In this document: positions 48,425-61,839 of the stretch, piece after piece
Layout of the letters: each line of letters opens with the position of its first letter
How positions within the stretch are numbered: position 1 is the stretch's first letter
Notes under the pieces: model-generated
The model's input: the letters and a program-made list of their open reading frames with translations, nothing else
Told to the model about the DNA's origin: nothing
Database searches by the model: none
NCBI RefSeq assembly: GCF_963921235.1
Contig: NC_086097.1
Location: 199,704,001 to 199,768,000 of the forward strand
Reading direction: 5' to 3'
Source of the DNA: Mobula hypostoma
Taxonomy: Eukaryota
DNA length: 64,000 bases
Made by a program: the position numbers and the translations under genes

Positions 48425-50710
48425 CAATAAGACAGAGCAGAATTAGGCCATTTGGCCCAACAAGTCTGCTCTTCCGTTTGACCATGGCCAATCCATTTCC
48501 CTCTCAACTCCATTCTGCCATTTCCCTGTAACCTTTCGTGCTCTGACTAATCAAAAATATATCAACTTCCCCTTAAATACACCCAATGATCTGGCCTCCA
48601 CAGCTGCTTGTGGCAATAAATTCCACAGACTCACCACCCTCTGACTAAAGAAATTGCTCCTCATCTCCACTATGAGGTTGTGTCCTCTGGTCCTAGACTT
48701 CGCTACTGTAGGAAACATCCTATCCACATCATTGAGTCCTTTGAACATTTGATAGATTTCAAAGAGACCTCTCCTCTTTTCCCCCCCCCCCCCGCCACCC
48801 CCATGCTTCTGAATTCCAGTGAGTACAGGCCCAGATCCATCAAACACTCCTAATATGATCAGCCTTTCATTCCTGGAATCATTCTTTTGAACTTCCTTGA
48901 ACTCTCTCCGATGTCAGCACATCCTTTCTTAGATGAGGGGCCCGGAACACTTCAAATGAGGCCTCAACGATGGCCTCTAAAGCATCAGGATTATATCCAT
49001 GTTTTTATATTCTATTCCTCTTGAAATTAATACTAACATTGTCTTTACCTTCCTCACTACCAATTCGACCTACAAATTAACCTTCAGGGAATCTTACATG
49101 AGGGTTCCCAAGTACCTTTGCACCCCAGAGTTTAGAATTTTCTCTGATTAGTCTACACTATACGTCCCAACCTTGTATTCTGTCTTCCACCTCTTCACCC
49201 ATTCTCCTAATCTGTCCAAGTCCTCTGTAACCTCTCTGCTTGCTCAGCACTACCTGCCCCTCCACCCTTCTTTGTATCGTCTGCAAATTTGGTCACAACG
49301 CCATCAATTCCGTCATGCAAATCATTGACATACAATGTAAAAGATGCGGTCCCAACACCAACCCCTATGCCAATCAGCCAATGCTTTAGCCATGCTAGTA
49401 TCTTTCCTGTAATACCATGGACTCTGATCTTGCTAAGCAGCCTCATGTGGCACCTTGTCAAAGGCCTTCTGTAAATCCAAGTACACAACATCTTGCTTGG
49501 TATTTCTTCAAAGAATTCCAATAGATTTTTCAGGCAAGATTTTCCCTTCAGGAAACCATGCTGGCTTTGGCTTATTTATCATCAGACTCCAAGTACCCTG
49601 AAGCCTCATACTTAATAATGGACTCCCAACAACTTTCCAACCAGGCCAGGCTATCTGGATTATAATTTCCTTTCTTCTGCCTTCCTCCTTGTTTGAAGAG
49701 TGGAGTGACATTTGCAATTTTCCAGTCCTCTAGAACCATGCTAGAATCTATTGATTCTTGAAAGATCATTGCTAATGCCGCCACAATCTCTTCAGCTACC
49801 TTTTTTAGAACATTGGGTTATAGTCCATCTGGTTCAGTTGATGAATCTATCTCCAGATCTTTTACCTTCCCAAGCACCTTTTCCCTGGTAATATCAACTG
49901 CATTCACTTCTGCTCCTGACACTCTTGAACCTCCGGCATACTGCTAGTATCTTCCACTGTGAAGACTGATGCAAAATACATTCAGTTCATTTGTCATTTA
50001 CTTGTCCCCCATTACTACCTCTCCAGCATCATTTTCCAGCAGTCCAAGATCTACTCTCTCCTTTCTTTTACTCTTTATATATCTGAAAAAAAAACACTAG
50101 TGATATCCTGATATTATTGGCTAGCTTACTTTCAGATTTCATCTTTTTCCTCCTTATGGGTTTTTTAGTTCTTTCCTTGTGGTTTTTAAAAGCTTCGCAA
50201 TCTTCTAACTTGCTACTAATTTTTGCTCTATTATATAACTTGCTTATTTGTTGGCTTTGACTTCCCTTGTAGTCCACAGTTGCATCATCCTAACCTTTAC
50301 AATACTACTGTTTTGCAATGTTTCTATCCTGTGCCTTCCAAATTACACTCAGAAACTCCACCTATTGCTGCTCTGCTGTCATCCCTGCTATTATTCCCTT
50401 CCATTCAACTTTGGCCAGCTCCTCTCTCGTGCCTCTGTAATTCCCCTTACTCTACAGTAGTTCTGATACATTTGATTTTAGCTTCTCCCTCTCAAATTGC
50501 AGGGTGAATTCTGTGATCACTGTCTTCCAACTTTTCCTTTACCTTAAGCTCCCTAATCAAATCCAGTTCATTACACGACACTCAATCCAGAATAGATGAT
50601 CCCCTTGTGGGCTCAATCACAAACTGTTCTGAAAAGCCAACTTAGACATTCTACAAGTTCTCTCTTGGGATGAAAATCAGCATCAACCCAATTTCCTGAA
50701 TCTTCCTGCA
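48425..50710 (-). mobile_element. Degenerate CR1 ORF2 + 3' UTR
   Basis: EDWKIANVTPLFK, YVNDL..KFADDTK, FFSQRVVSLWN. Confidence 0.9.
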
Positions 50711-51049
50711 TGTGATAATTAGAAGTGAGGGAACAGATGGATTTAATTGCATATTGCACTGTTCGGCTGCTGGAAAACAAAAAAATTCACGACCTATGCT
50801 AATGGTATTAAATCTGATTCTGAGCCTGTGATTGCTATTCACGTAGATGGGGATGTTCTGGAAGCCATGGTAACCACCACCATTCAAAGCTATGCAAATT
50901 CAGGTCAAAATGAATGGTGGTTAGCTTCGATGATCAATAAGATAATCCTCCAGATTTAAAAAAAAGTGAACAGGGTCTGCTGAGAATTTTTTGGAGTGAG
51001 ATTGTGGGAACAGTTACTTGTGGAGAGTAAATACCAGATTTTAAGAAGT

Positions 51050-52370
51050 GAGCGGAGCCTGTGAGAACTTTCTGCAGAGCGCTGGATCATTTGGGTTAAT
51101 AGGCACTTTGAAAGGGCCAATAAAAGTGAGGTTTAAGTAGAGTGGCCACTGTGTAAGTGGGACAGTTCAGTGAGAAACTGAGGCTTTTGTTCAGATGTTT
51201 CTACAAGAGAGGTGAGGCTAGGTTGAAGTTGCTGTTAAGTTTCTCTTACTTTCTTTGCGCCTAGCTAGAGTAGTGAGAATGGATGATCAGGGATAGCGCC
51301 CTGTGAGAATTGCATCGTTACAGACCATGTTAGGGAGCTGGATGACTCTTTTAGGAGAAGGGGGAGGTCACAGGGAGGTGGTCGTACATAAGTTGCAGGA
51401 GGCAGTTAGTTATTTTAGTGCATGAACTAAAATAACAAGGGTGATTAACTTGGAGCGTAGATCAAAGCATGGAGCTGCAAGCATTTTGGCAATTACAGAG
51501 ACTTGGCTGGAACAAGGGCAGGGAGAGCTACTGAAGACTCGGGTTTAGATTCTTCAAAAGGAATAGGGAGGGAGGTAAAAGAGGTGGGAGAGTGGCATTA
51601 CTTATCATGGATAGTATTGGAACTGCAGAAAGGGGAGGTATGTCCTGGAGGGATTGTCTACTGAATGTGTGAGTGGAATTCCGAAAGAAGAAGGGAGCAA
51701 TCACTCTTTTCAGACTATTCTATAGACTCTTGGTAGCAACAGAGACATAGAGGAGCAGATAGTGTGGCAGATTTTGGAAAAGTACAAAAATAACAGGGTT
51801 GCTGTCATGGCTGACTTTAACTTCCCTAATATTGATCAGTATCTCATTAATGCAAAAGATTTAGATGAGGCAGAATTTGGTAGGTGTGTCCAGGAAGGAT
51901 TCATAATTCAATATGCAGATGGGCTGACTGGAGGAAAGGTTCTGGGCACTGGCTCTGGTTCTAGGCAATGAACCTAGTCAGGTGACAGATCTCTTGGTAG
52001 GTGAGCATTTTGGAGATAGTGACCACATTCAGTGACTTTTACCATAGCTTTGGACAGAGAGAGAGGAGCAGACAGCATGGGGAAAGTATTTAATTGGGAC
52101 AGGGGGAATTAGGAGGCAAATTGGGATCAGATATACCCATGGAAATACACAGCAGAAATGCGGAGGTTGTTCAGGGAGCGTTTGCAGAGAGTTTTGGATA
52201 GATCTGTCTCATTGTGGCAGGGAAACGATGGTAGGGTGAAGGAACTATGGTTTACAAGAGATGTGGAGCATCTAGTCAAGAGGAAGAAAACTTATGTAAG
52301 GTTTAGCAAAGAAGACAAGGCTCTAGATTGTTACAAGGTATCCAGGAAGCAGCCTTGGAGTGGACTTGAT
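51050..52370 (+). mobile_element. Highly degenerate CR1 5' portion (ORF1 remnant + APE)
   Basis: VMADFNFPNID..CVQEGF, LWFTRDVEHLVK. Confidence 0.75.
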
Positions 52371-53089
52371 TCTCTAGATGTTCCTCTGTGCTTCTCACGG
52401 CTGTCTCCATCATATCAGAATTGTGCACAGTACCCTATTTAACAAATACGATATCGTTTCACTGGACAGGCTGTGCCGCGCTGCCATCTTAAGAATCCTT
52501 TTAAAATTTTGGCCAAACAATACTGATTTTTCTGTTGATGAATGATGAATCTTCTAGCCAACTATAATCATTAAGTTCAATGCATTGTCTACAGTTTTGC
52601 GTACTAAATTTGACACACCACCTTCTGCCCATATCCAGACTCTTGTTAAATATGCATTGTCGTTACTGAAGAGATGACACCAGGGAACAAAGCAACTAAA
52701 GGAGATGTCCTTGACAATTTGTGAAACTACTTCTGTACTTTGTTCAAACATGATTTGCTACTATTGGAATCTGTGATCTACATTTTGATGGTGTGTTTTT
52801 GGGCCGATTGAGCGATCTGACACTTTGCTGTATCCAAGGGAGCTCAGTGAAGTTTGGAGCAGAGTGCTGGGTCTGGAGCCCATGATCAACTCCTTTTTTC
52901 ACCAAAGTGGCAAACATGATTGAAATCAACGAGGACAACAGTGGAAGGTGAGCAAGTGTTCAGCTCTGACTGCTGCCTGCGTTTGACCGGTCTCTCTCTT
53001 TTTCGACCCCCACCCCCATTTATTCTGCTGGAGGAAGGTGGCTGGATTTGACCGGTCTCCGTCTTTTTCTTTCGCTCGATTCTGTCAGA

Positions 53090-53465
53090 GGATGGTGCCA
53101 AAATCTTGTTTTAATCGATGCAGCTTGAGAATTGGAGTTTATAGTTCTTATTATCATGTGTTTCTACTTTCTGGTTACTCCCTTTTCTTTTTATTGTTAT
53201 TTTTGTGTGATTTTGATCAGGGCAGATGAGCTCAGCAGCCTGCAGTCAGTAAACAACACAGCACTAAATTGACCAGAACTGAATGTTCCTAGACTATTTC
53301 ACTGGTTTGATATTTTATATTCTGTTTTTTGCTTGTTTTGTGTGTTTCTTTTTGGTGCGTTGGGTGTTTATTTCTTTTCTCATAGCTGTTTGTGGGAAGA
53401 CTAATCTCAGGGTTGTATACTGCATACATACTTTGATATTAAGTGCACTTTGTATCTTTGAATCT
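53090..53465 (+). mobile_element. Short non-coding element with Rex1-like 3' UTR
   Basis: Starts gaggatggtgcc; ends aatctcagggttgtata...ctttgaatct, matching the reverse complement of 34450-34525. Confidence 0.5.
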
Positions 53466-55894
53466 ATCCCTCCTGACTTGCCTAATTTGGCTCCTGGTCT
53501 TTCTAGTTTACAAGATGAACAAGTTATTGTGAAGATGTGGTGGTTTTCTTCATGTACACCTTCAGCATGAAGACACTCTTGTCTCTTAAGTTGTATATCA
53601 ATTAATTTCACTGTGTATTTATTTGAAGCACCTTCTGTCTTTCTTGTCTTCAGCACTGAGCAGGCCGAATACTGGAGTTACTTTGCATATGCCAGAACAT
53701 AATCTGTTTTAAACTCTTTGGAGCAACACACTCTTTGGATTTCTTTCTTTTTTTCCCCGTGTTGGTAAAATCCACATGAGCATGTGGTGTTCTGACTCTT
53801 GCAATTTCACATTCAAGTAATGCTTGCTGGACATTTTTACCACATTATTACTAATATTGTGGGTTCAAACATTATAATAGGAGTTCTTTCACAAAACTGC
53901 AGAAACTGCAACACTGGAAAGCAACAAAATATATTCCTGCATTCTCATTGGCTGAGCAATAAATTGCAGTTCAATCTTTAGTAATTTGGTTATCTTCAGC
54001 TTTCCCTCCCCAGGGCATCATCCTTTGAACTCTATGAAGTAGTTACTTCAGCTTAGTCGTTCAGTCTGCTCATCCTTCTGAAATTTATTCAGGTCAATGG
54101 AAGTGTATGGCTGTTGAGGTTTACATACACGCTTCTATTATAATTTGAACTGTGCTTGACTTAGATTTATTGTGTACACCCAAGCAAATAACAAGATTTG
54201 AAATGCTAATTGGAGGATGAAACTGTTTTTGCATTCCTTCATTTAAAATAGTCTGGTCTCATAAAATGTTACTGATGAAGCAACAATAACATGTATTCAT
54301 TGGTACAGTGTTTGAATATTGTTCTTATTCGCCAAACATCGAGTGAACAAGATGATAGTGTGCGACAAGCTGGTCAACCATTAAGAATGATTTTTAGGTT
54401 TTGTTGTAATAGGGGAAAAAATACAACATCGCTTTTGTATAGTGTTAAGCTGGGGACTTGTGCAATATTCATATAAAACAGGACCTGAGTAAATCTGCCC
54501 CTTTGTGATTTGAAGGTACCAAATCTAAAGCACTGAATATTGGAAGTTAGGTGGCTGTTCAGAGTTTGCCTACCTATTAGTTTGATACTTGGAACTACTA
54601 TAATTTTTATCTTTCTTTTAAATCAAATAAAGCTTGTGGTGTGGCAAGTGATACAATATATAATCAAAGTAATTCTACTTCACTAAAAAGTTTCTAAATT
54701 AAAATTTTAACTATAATAAGAATACTAAAGCTACCAAGTTGCCTGCCAGTTCTCAGTGCTGATCTACCTGCTGTTTGCCAGAATTGTACGAATCCCCTGA
54801 TGAGAATGCCAATTATAAAGCCTAAGCAACACAGCCATTTTAATGTCACTCTATTGTACGAGATTTGCTTGTAGGGAAAAGATGTGGGAGAGCTACTGGG
54901 AGAAGTTTCAATAGATCTGACGGCTAACAAAGTGAAGCTGCCCAGCATGGAGCACATCAGAAACACTGGTGAATGCAATATTAAGAACTGTTGAAAAACT
55001 ATTTAAGAATGAATTAAGTTCGTGTTAAAGTTAATGAAAATAATGGCAGAAGATAAAAGATTAGAAGTAGAATTGATGGAATTCTGCTGAAGGCACTTGG
55101 CCAGAAATGAAAAATGCATAGACTGCACTTGGTCAGCTATAGTACTTAAATGATCCAGATCGTGGCTGTGGCAAATATCTGAACCATGGACTTTGGAGTA
55201 ATTCAGGATTGTAAATGAAATTGAGAGCATTTAAGTAATTAAGTTAATCTAATAGTTTTTAGTTAAAATGAATTTGGGTAATTTTTGGATTCTTGAGTCT
55301 GTTAGGAATGTTATTAACACATCCCTTGAAACTGAAGTTTTTCAGATATTTTCAAAACTGCGGCTGCCAAACCCCTGCTTAAGACAAACCTTGATAGTGA
55401 GGTCCTAGCTACTACAGACAGATATCAAATCTTCCCTTCCTGGACAGGATTCTTGAGAAAGCAAGTTTTTACCAACTCCACAAATTTCTGAATGAGAGCA
55501 GTATTCTAGAAAAGTGTGTCAGGTTTTCTAGTAAACTGCAGCATGGAGATGGCCATTATCAAAATTGTCAGTGACCTTAGTCTCAGCACAGTGAACAGAA
55601 TCTCAGTTCTAATTCTTCTAGATCCTAGTGCTGCTTTTGACAAAATCGACCATGGCATTCTCTTAGATTGCATTGAACTGGATTGGTCTCTTTGACAGTG
55701 CCCTTAATTGGTTTTGTTCATTTTTCTTTGTGTATGTCTTGGAGACCAATTTTCAATGAGATACAATGTACATTTTGGTGTTGCTCAGGGAAGCTGTCTT
55801 GGTTCCCTACATTTCTCCTTGTACATGCTTCCTATAGGAGACATCATTAGAGAGCACAAACCTGATTTCCCAATTATGCAGATGATACACAATT

Positions 55895-56365
55895 GTAAGG
55901 AGAGGTTCATGAAAATGGTTCCAGGGTTGAATAGCTTATCATATGAAGATGGCTGTGGGGCTGTATTCACTAGACTTCAGAAGAATGAGAGGCGACCTCA
56001 CTGAACCCAGGAGAATGGTGAAAAGCCTTGATTGAGTGGATGTGGAGAAAATGTTTCCTAAGGTGGGAGTCTTAAGACCAGAGGACACAGCCTCAGAATA
56101 GAGGGGTGTCCTTTTAGAACAAAGATGAAGAGGGATTTCTTTAGCCAGAAAGTGGTGAATCTGTGGAATTCTTTGCCAAAGGTGGCTGTGGAAGCCATGC
56201 CTTTATGTATATTTAAGGCAGAAGTTGGTAGGTTCTTGAATGGTCGAGGCATGAAGGGATACAGGGAGAAGGCAGGAGATTAGGACTGAGAATAAAATTG
56301 GATCAGCCATGATGAAATGGTGGAGCAGAATCAATGGGCCAGATGGCCTAATTCTGCTCCTATAT
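55895..56365 (+). mobile_element. CR1 3' end
   Basis: RFMKMVPGL..., FFSQKVVNLWNSL and 3' UTR. Confidence 0.85.
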
Positions 56366-56492
56366 GTGTCAGTCTTGTACATTTCAGCTGAGCTTGTCTG
56401 CTCTGTCGTCTGGTATGGCTGCAATAAACAATTGGATGAGCAAATTCCCAAAACTAAATGAAAATAAAACTGAAATACTTTTGCTTTGATCC

Positions 56493-58616
56493 AAAGGGGA
56501 AATTTTGAGAGTGCAGAGTTTGTATGTTCCTGTCAGGATTAAAGGCAAATTGAATAGGAATAAGGAACCTTGGTTCTCAAGGGATATTGCAACTCTGATA
56601 AAGAAGAGGGAGTTGTATGAAATGTATAGGAAACGGGGTAAATCAGGTGCTTGAGGAGTATAAGAAGTGCAAGAAAATACTTAAGGAAGAAATCAGGAGG
56701 GCAAAAAGATGACATGAGGTTGCCTTGGCAGTCAAAGTGAAGGATAATCCAAAGAGCTTTTACAAGTATATTAAGAACAAAAGGATTGTAAGGGATAAAA
56801 TTGGTCCTCTTGAAGATCAGAGTGGTCGGCTTTGTGCGGAACCAAAGGAAATGGGGGAGATCTTAAATAGGTTTTTTGCGTCTGAATTTACTAAGGAAGC
56901 TGGCATGAAATCTATGGAATTGAGGGAATCAAGTAGTGAGACCATGGAAACTGTACAGATTGAAAAGGAGGAGGTGCTTGCTGTCTTGAGGAAAATTAAA
57001 GTGGATAAATACCCGGGACCTGACAGTGTTCCCTCGGACCTTGAAGGAGACTAGTGTTGAAATTGCGAGGGCCCTGGCAGAAATATTTAAAATGTCGCTG
57101 TCTACGGGTGAAGTGCCAGAGGATTGGAGAGTGGCTCATGTTGTTCCGTTGTTTAAAAAAGGATCGAAAAGTAATCCGGGAAATTATAGGCTGGTGAGTT
57201 TAACGTCAGTAGTAGGTAAGTTATTGGAGGGAGTACTAAGAGACAAGCATTTGGATAGACAGGGGCTTATCAGGGAGAGTCAACATGGCTTTGTGCGTGG
57301 TAGGTCATGTTTGACCAATCTGTTGGAGTTTTTCGAGGAGGTTACCAGGAAAGTGGATGAAGGGAAGGCAGTGGATATTGTCTACATGGACTTCAGTAAG
57401 GCCTTTGACAAGGTCCCGCATGGGAGGTTAGTTAGGAAAATTCAGTCGCTAGGTATACATGGAGAGGTGGTAAATTGGATTAGACATTGCCTCGATGGAA
57501 GAAGCCAGAGAGTGGTGGTAGAGAATTGCTTCTCTGAGTGGAGGCCTGTGACTAGTGGTGTGCCACAGGGATCAGTGCTGGGTCCGTTGTTATTTGTCAT
57601 CTATATCAATGATCTGGATGATAATGTAGTAAATTGGATCAGCAAGTTTGCTGATGATACAAAGATTGGAGGTGTAGTAGACAGTGAGGAAGGTTTTCAG
57701 AGCCTGCAGAGGGACTTGGACCAGCTGGAAAAATGGGCTGAAAAATGGCAGATGGAGTTTAATACTGACAAGTGTGAGGTATTGCACGTTGGAAGGACAA
57801 ACCAACGTAGAACATACAGGGTTAATGGTAAGGCACTGAGGAGTGCAGTGGAACAGAGAGATCTGGGAATACAGATACAAAATTCCCTAAAAGTGTCGTC
57901 ACAGGTAGATAGGGTCGTAAAGAGAGCTTTTGGTACATTGGCATTTATTAATCGAAGTATTGAGTATAAGAGCTGGAATGTTATGATGAGGTTGTATAAG
58001 GCATTGGTGAGGCTGAATCTGGAGTATTGTGTTCAGTTCTGGTCACCAAATTACAGGAAGGATATAAATAAGGTTGAAAGAGTGCAGAGAAGGTTTACAA
58101 GGATGTTGCCGGGACTTGAGAAACTCAGTTACAGAGAAAGGTTGAATAGGTTAGGGCTTTATTCCCTGGAGCGTAGAAGAATGAGGGGAGATTTGATAGA
58201 GGTATATAAAATTATCCCTGGAGCTTAGAAGAATGAGGGGAGATTTGATAGAGGTATATAAAATTATGATGGGTATAGATAGAGTGAATGCAAGCAGGCT
58301 TTTTCCACTGAGGCAAGGGGAGAAAAAAAACCAGAGGACATGGGTTAAGGGTGAGGGGGGAAAGTTTAAAGGGAACATTGGGGGGCTTCTTCACACAGAG
58401 AGTGGTGGGAGTATGAAATGAGCTGCCAGATGAGGTGGTAAATACAGGTTCTTTTTTAACATTTAAGAATAAATTAGACAGATACATGGATGGGAGGTGT
58501 ATGGAGGGATATGGTCCGTGTGCAGGTCAGTGGGACTAGGCAGAAAATCGTTCGGTACAGCCAAGAAGGGCCAAAGGACCTGTTTCTGTGCTGTAGTTTC
58601 TATGGTTCTATGGTTC
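56493..58616 (+). mobile_element. Young 5'-truncated CR1 with an internal 52-bp tandem duplication
   Basis: 400-aa RT ORF 57026-58228; (ttctatgg)n tail; duplication 58163-58214 / 58215-58266. Confidence 0.95.
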
Positions 58617-59017
58617 AAAGCCAGAAGAGAGAAACTTGTTGATTAACTTGGGAACTTGGCTCCCCTTGTAAGATCAGAAGTAACTTGCCTGAGTGTTATC
58701 CTTGATTCAGATTTGTACTTTAATTCCCACATTTTAAACAAAGTGACCAGGGCATCATTTCTACACTTATAGTATTGCAAAGGTATATATCCACGTCACA
58801 TAATGATGCTGAAAACCTAATTCATGCCTTTATATCAAAATAGACAAGATTACTGCAATGCACGTTTTACTGGCCTTCCAAAGAGCAGTCTATTGACAAA
58901 CTTCAACTTGCTGCTAGACATTCAGTCAAAAGCAGGATAAGGGAAGATATCATTTCTATACTAGTTACTCTGCAGTAGCCTCCTGCATCTTTTAGAATTT
59001 ATTTTAAGACTCTCTTC

Positions 59018-59137
59018 ACAAACAAAAGAAATTTTGGAGATGCTGGAAATCCAAAGCAATGCACACACAATGCTGGAGGAACTCAGCAGGCCAGGCAACA
59101 TAGACAGATGGAACATTCCAGTCCTGATGAAGGGTCA
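59018..59137. mobile_element. Miniature inverted PLE remnant
   Basis: Minus pLTR end (59018-59105) abuts plus-strand cagtcCTGATGAagggtc (59119-59136). Confidence 0.7.
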
Positions 59138-59229
59138 GCTGGTTTCATATGCTGCCTTAATGGCGAGTGCTTTTATGAAACTACAAATTATGTTTTGTTT
59201 GTTTGAAGAAAAAAATCTCATCCAGAATA

Positions 59230-59857
59230 GTGGTTGGCATCCGTCTGTCTTGAAGGACAATAGGTGGTGATCATCATCACAAGCCTGGGTGGAAGGTACG
59301 GAGATCCTGAGATGCCCAGCCCTCAAGATCCCCCTCTCGACCTTACCAGTGTAGTCCAAAGGAAAGTTTATGAAGCAGTGTGTTTGGCACCAACTTGGCT
59401 GCAGAAGCTGCTGGAAGGATGCTCAATGATGCCCAGCCACCTTGGGGGCTCCACTCCGGATCTGCTGTCTGGGTTTACTCCCGTAGCCTTCGTCTCTCCT
59501 GAGGCTGCCCACAAGGCAGTGGGGCTATTTACCCATAGTTGAGGATCTGGTTCATGAGCACAAGGGAGTGTCCACACACCAGTGAGCCTGTGTGCTATGT
59601 GTGCAGGGGCCAGACCACCTCCCCATCCTCTGTAGTTCAGCTTGAGTCCAAAAGGAGTCCAGTTTCCCGTGTGCCACCAGTGAGGAGGCACTACATGAGG
59701 CTTGCGGTTGGAGAGGCTATGTACTGGTAGGGAGAGACTCGCACATTCAGCTCTCCTTTTTGCAAGACTGCTAGCCAGCGGTGGAAGCTGAAAGTGGGAG
59801 CGGCAAGCACTACCCACTACACTACCACACTAGACAACCACAACAACCATTTTGACA
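59230..59857 (-). mobile_element. Non-autonomous bipartite RTE-type retroelement (5' UTR + 3' tail, no ORF)
   Basis: 3' tail ATTGTCCTTCAAGACAGACGGATGCCAACCAC resembles RTE-clade ends (recognised from memory, not searched); 8-bp TSD ccagaata at 59222-59229 and 59858-59865; HDV-like fold at the 5' end. Confidence 0.75.
59631..59808 (-). ncRNA. HDV-like self-cleaving ribozyme (predicted)
   Basis: Minus strand: P1 GCUUGCC (59808-59802), J1/2 hairpin, P2 UGUAGU, P3 GCC, L3 UCCUCACU, P3' GGU, P1' GGCACAC, P1.1 GG, GAAAC + P4 hairpin, J4/2 GCUGA, P2' ACUACA. Confidence 0.8.
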
Positions 59858-60104
59858 CCAGAATACTGCTTGTTGAAATAATGCCTAGAGAACAATGTCC
59901 ATTTGATTTAATGGAATCTTAATTATTGATTCATCTGAGATCAGTTGTTTTACAATCTCACACTCATCCCTATCAAAGTATAAAAGATACACACTTGCCA
60001 TAGGCACTGGAGTTGGATGGAGGGAATAAATATGGGAGGTGCTAGTCAAATGGATTAGTTTGACTTGGAATTGTGGAATAACACCTTCTAAAGTAGGTAT
60101 TACT

Positions 60105-60520
60105 TTGGGCCTGTACTCACTGGAATTTAAAAGAATGCCGGGTGGGTGGGTGGGGGATCTCGTTGAAACCTACTGAATGGACTAGGTAGGGTGGATGTGG
60201 AGAGGATGTTTCAAATGGTGGGGGTATCGAGAACTGGAGGGCACGGCCTCAAAATTGAGGGGCGACTTTTAAGAACAGAGGTAGGAGGAATATTTTTAAC
60301 CAGAGTAGTGAATCTGTGGAATGCTCTGCCAGACTGCAGTGGAGGCCAAGTTGGTGGGTATATTCAGAGTGGAAGTTGAGTTTTCTGATTGGTCAGGGCT
60401 TCAAAGGATATGGCGAGAAGGCAGGTGTATGGGGTTGAGAGGGATCTGGGAGCAGCCATTATGAAATGGCGGAGCAGACTCAACAGGCTGAATAGCCTAG
60501 TTCTGCTCCTATGTCTTGTT
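60105..60520 (+). mobile_element. CR1 3' end
   Basis: DVERMF..SRTGGHGLKI..RVVNLWNALP. Confidence 0.85.
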
Positions 60521-61839
60521 TACTTTAGACCACAAGTTTGTTTTATTTGCAAGTGGACTACTGTAGATTGGCTACAAGTCACAGCAAGTTGAAATTCAAT
60601 TTTAACAAAAAGTGAATATTTCATTATCTTGATAATTGTTAGGAATACTATGCTCCTTTGTACCCAGAGGGTCAGATGATCTTCTGTTTTTGCCATGAAC
60701 TTTAAATTCTAGAGAATAAAGTGCAAAAGTATTACCAATTTTAGAAAATAACAAAGGCCTTAAACCAGAATTATTAGGCATTGTGTAGTGGAAGCAAAGT
60801 TGTGATGCATATACTGCTATTACACATGCGCTCACCTAATCCAGGTAACCTTATCTGCTAGTGTTTTTAAACACAAATAATTCAGTTGGCTTCTAGTTTT
60901 CAGGACACCAACCTGACCTGGAGTTTGTACCTTTGATCTTGATGTAGTTTCTGTTTCATTTCCTATTTAAAACATGGCATTATGATGCAAGAAATGAGTT
61001 AATTACCCAACAGCTTTGCAGTTTAGTAATTTAAAATAAGCCAAAACTTTCTTCGTGATCCCAACAATAAATCCTTTCTACATACATGATCATGCTTCAA
61101 CAGTCAAATAACCTTTCCACTTTCTCATCAAAAAAATAAGATAGTGTAAAATTTCTAAGTTGCGTGGTTAAAGTTGTAAATGCTTTACTGCCAGTGGCTA
61201 ATTGTCTTCAAGTATAGGTCACGTATGTGAAATGACCCATTGGTGCATTTTAAACTCCATGTTAATGGTATAAAAATTATTTTGTTTGTAGGGTTCATTG
61301 CCAAAAACTGCATTGATTTTTATGATTGGGTTTCAATTTAGATCCTGACCACTTTAGACCAAATTTAAAATGTCTGCTGTAAACAAAAAATTATGGTGCA
61401 ATTTGTAAGGTTCAAGAATTATTCACTGTAACTAAAATGTAGCATTTTGCCTATCTAGGGTCTTGACTGAGCTTTCATTTGTTATGACCTTGGGGGAAAA
61501 AACAAAGCACTGCAGTCAGTGAAACATTTTGGAAATGTTACCTCTGTGACAGGAAATCTTGAATAGTCTTCCATTTTATGCCACCATCTGGTCTATGTTT
61601 TTTTTTGAAACAAGTAATTAGAACATTGAACTTCAAAGATTCAGAGAGAAGTCACTAGATTTGTTCTTAGTCTAAAATATATTAGTTATCCAGGTAGGTG
61701 GAACTGGTTATATCTGGGCAGGGCCAAAAGTACACAAGGCTGAATTGAACCGCCGTTCCCTCCAATAGCATAGTGGATTGGATAGTAAATGGGTTTGGCA
61801 CTCAAGCTAAAAATGTTGTTTCTTATATTTCTATCTGTG

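Larger units (their letters stand above)
55340..59015 (+). mobile_element. Old L2 LINE RT, split by two CR1 insertions
   Basis: [64 protein letters not shown]-like motifs. Confidence 0.8.

Noticed and set aside
59368..59817. 149-aa minus ORF in the RTE-type element
   Set aside because: No recognisable domain; it overlaps the structured 5' UTR and ribozyme, so it is probably incidental.
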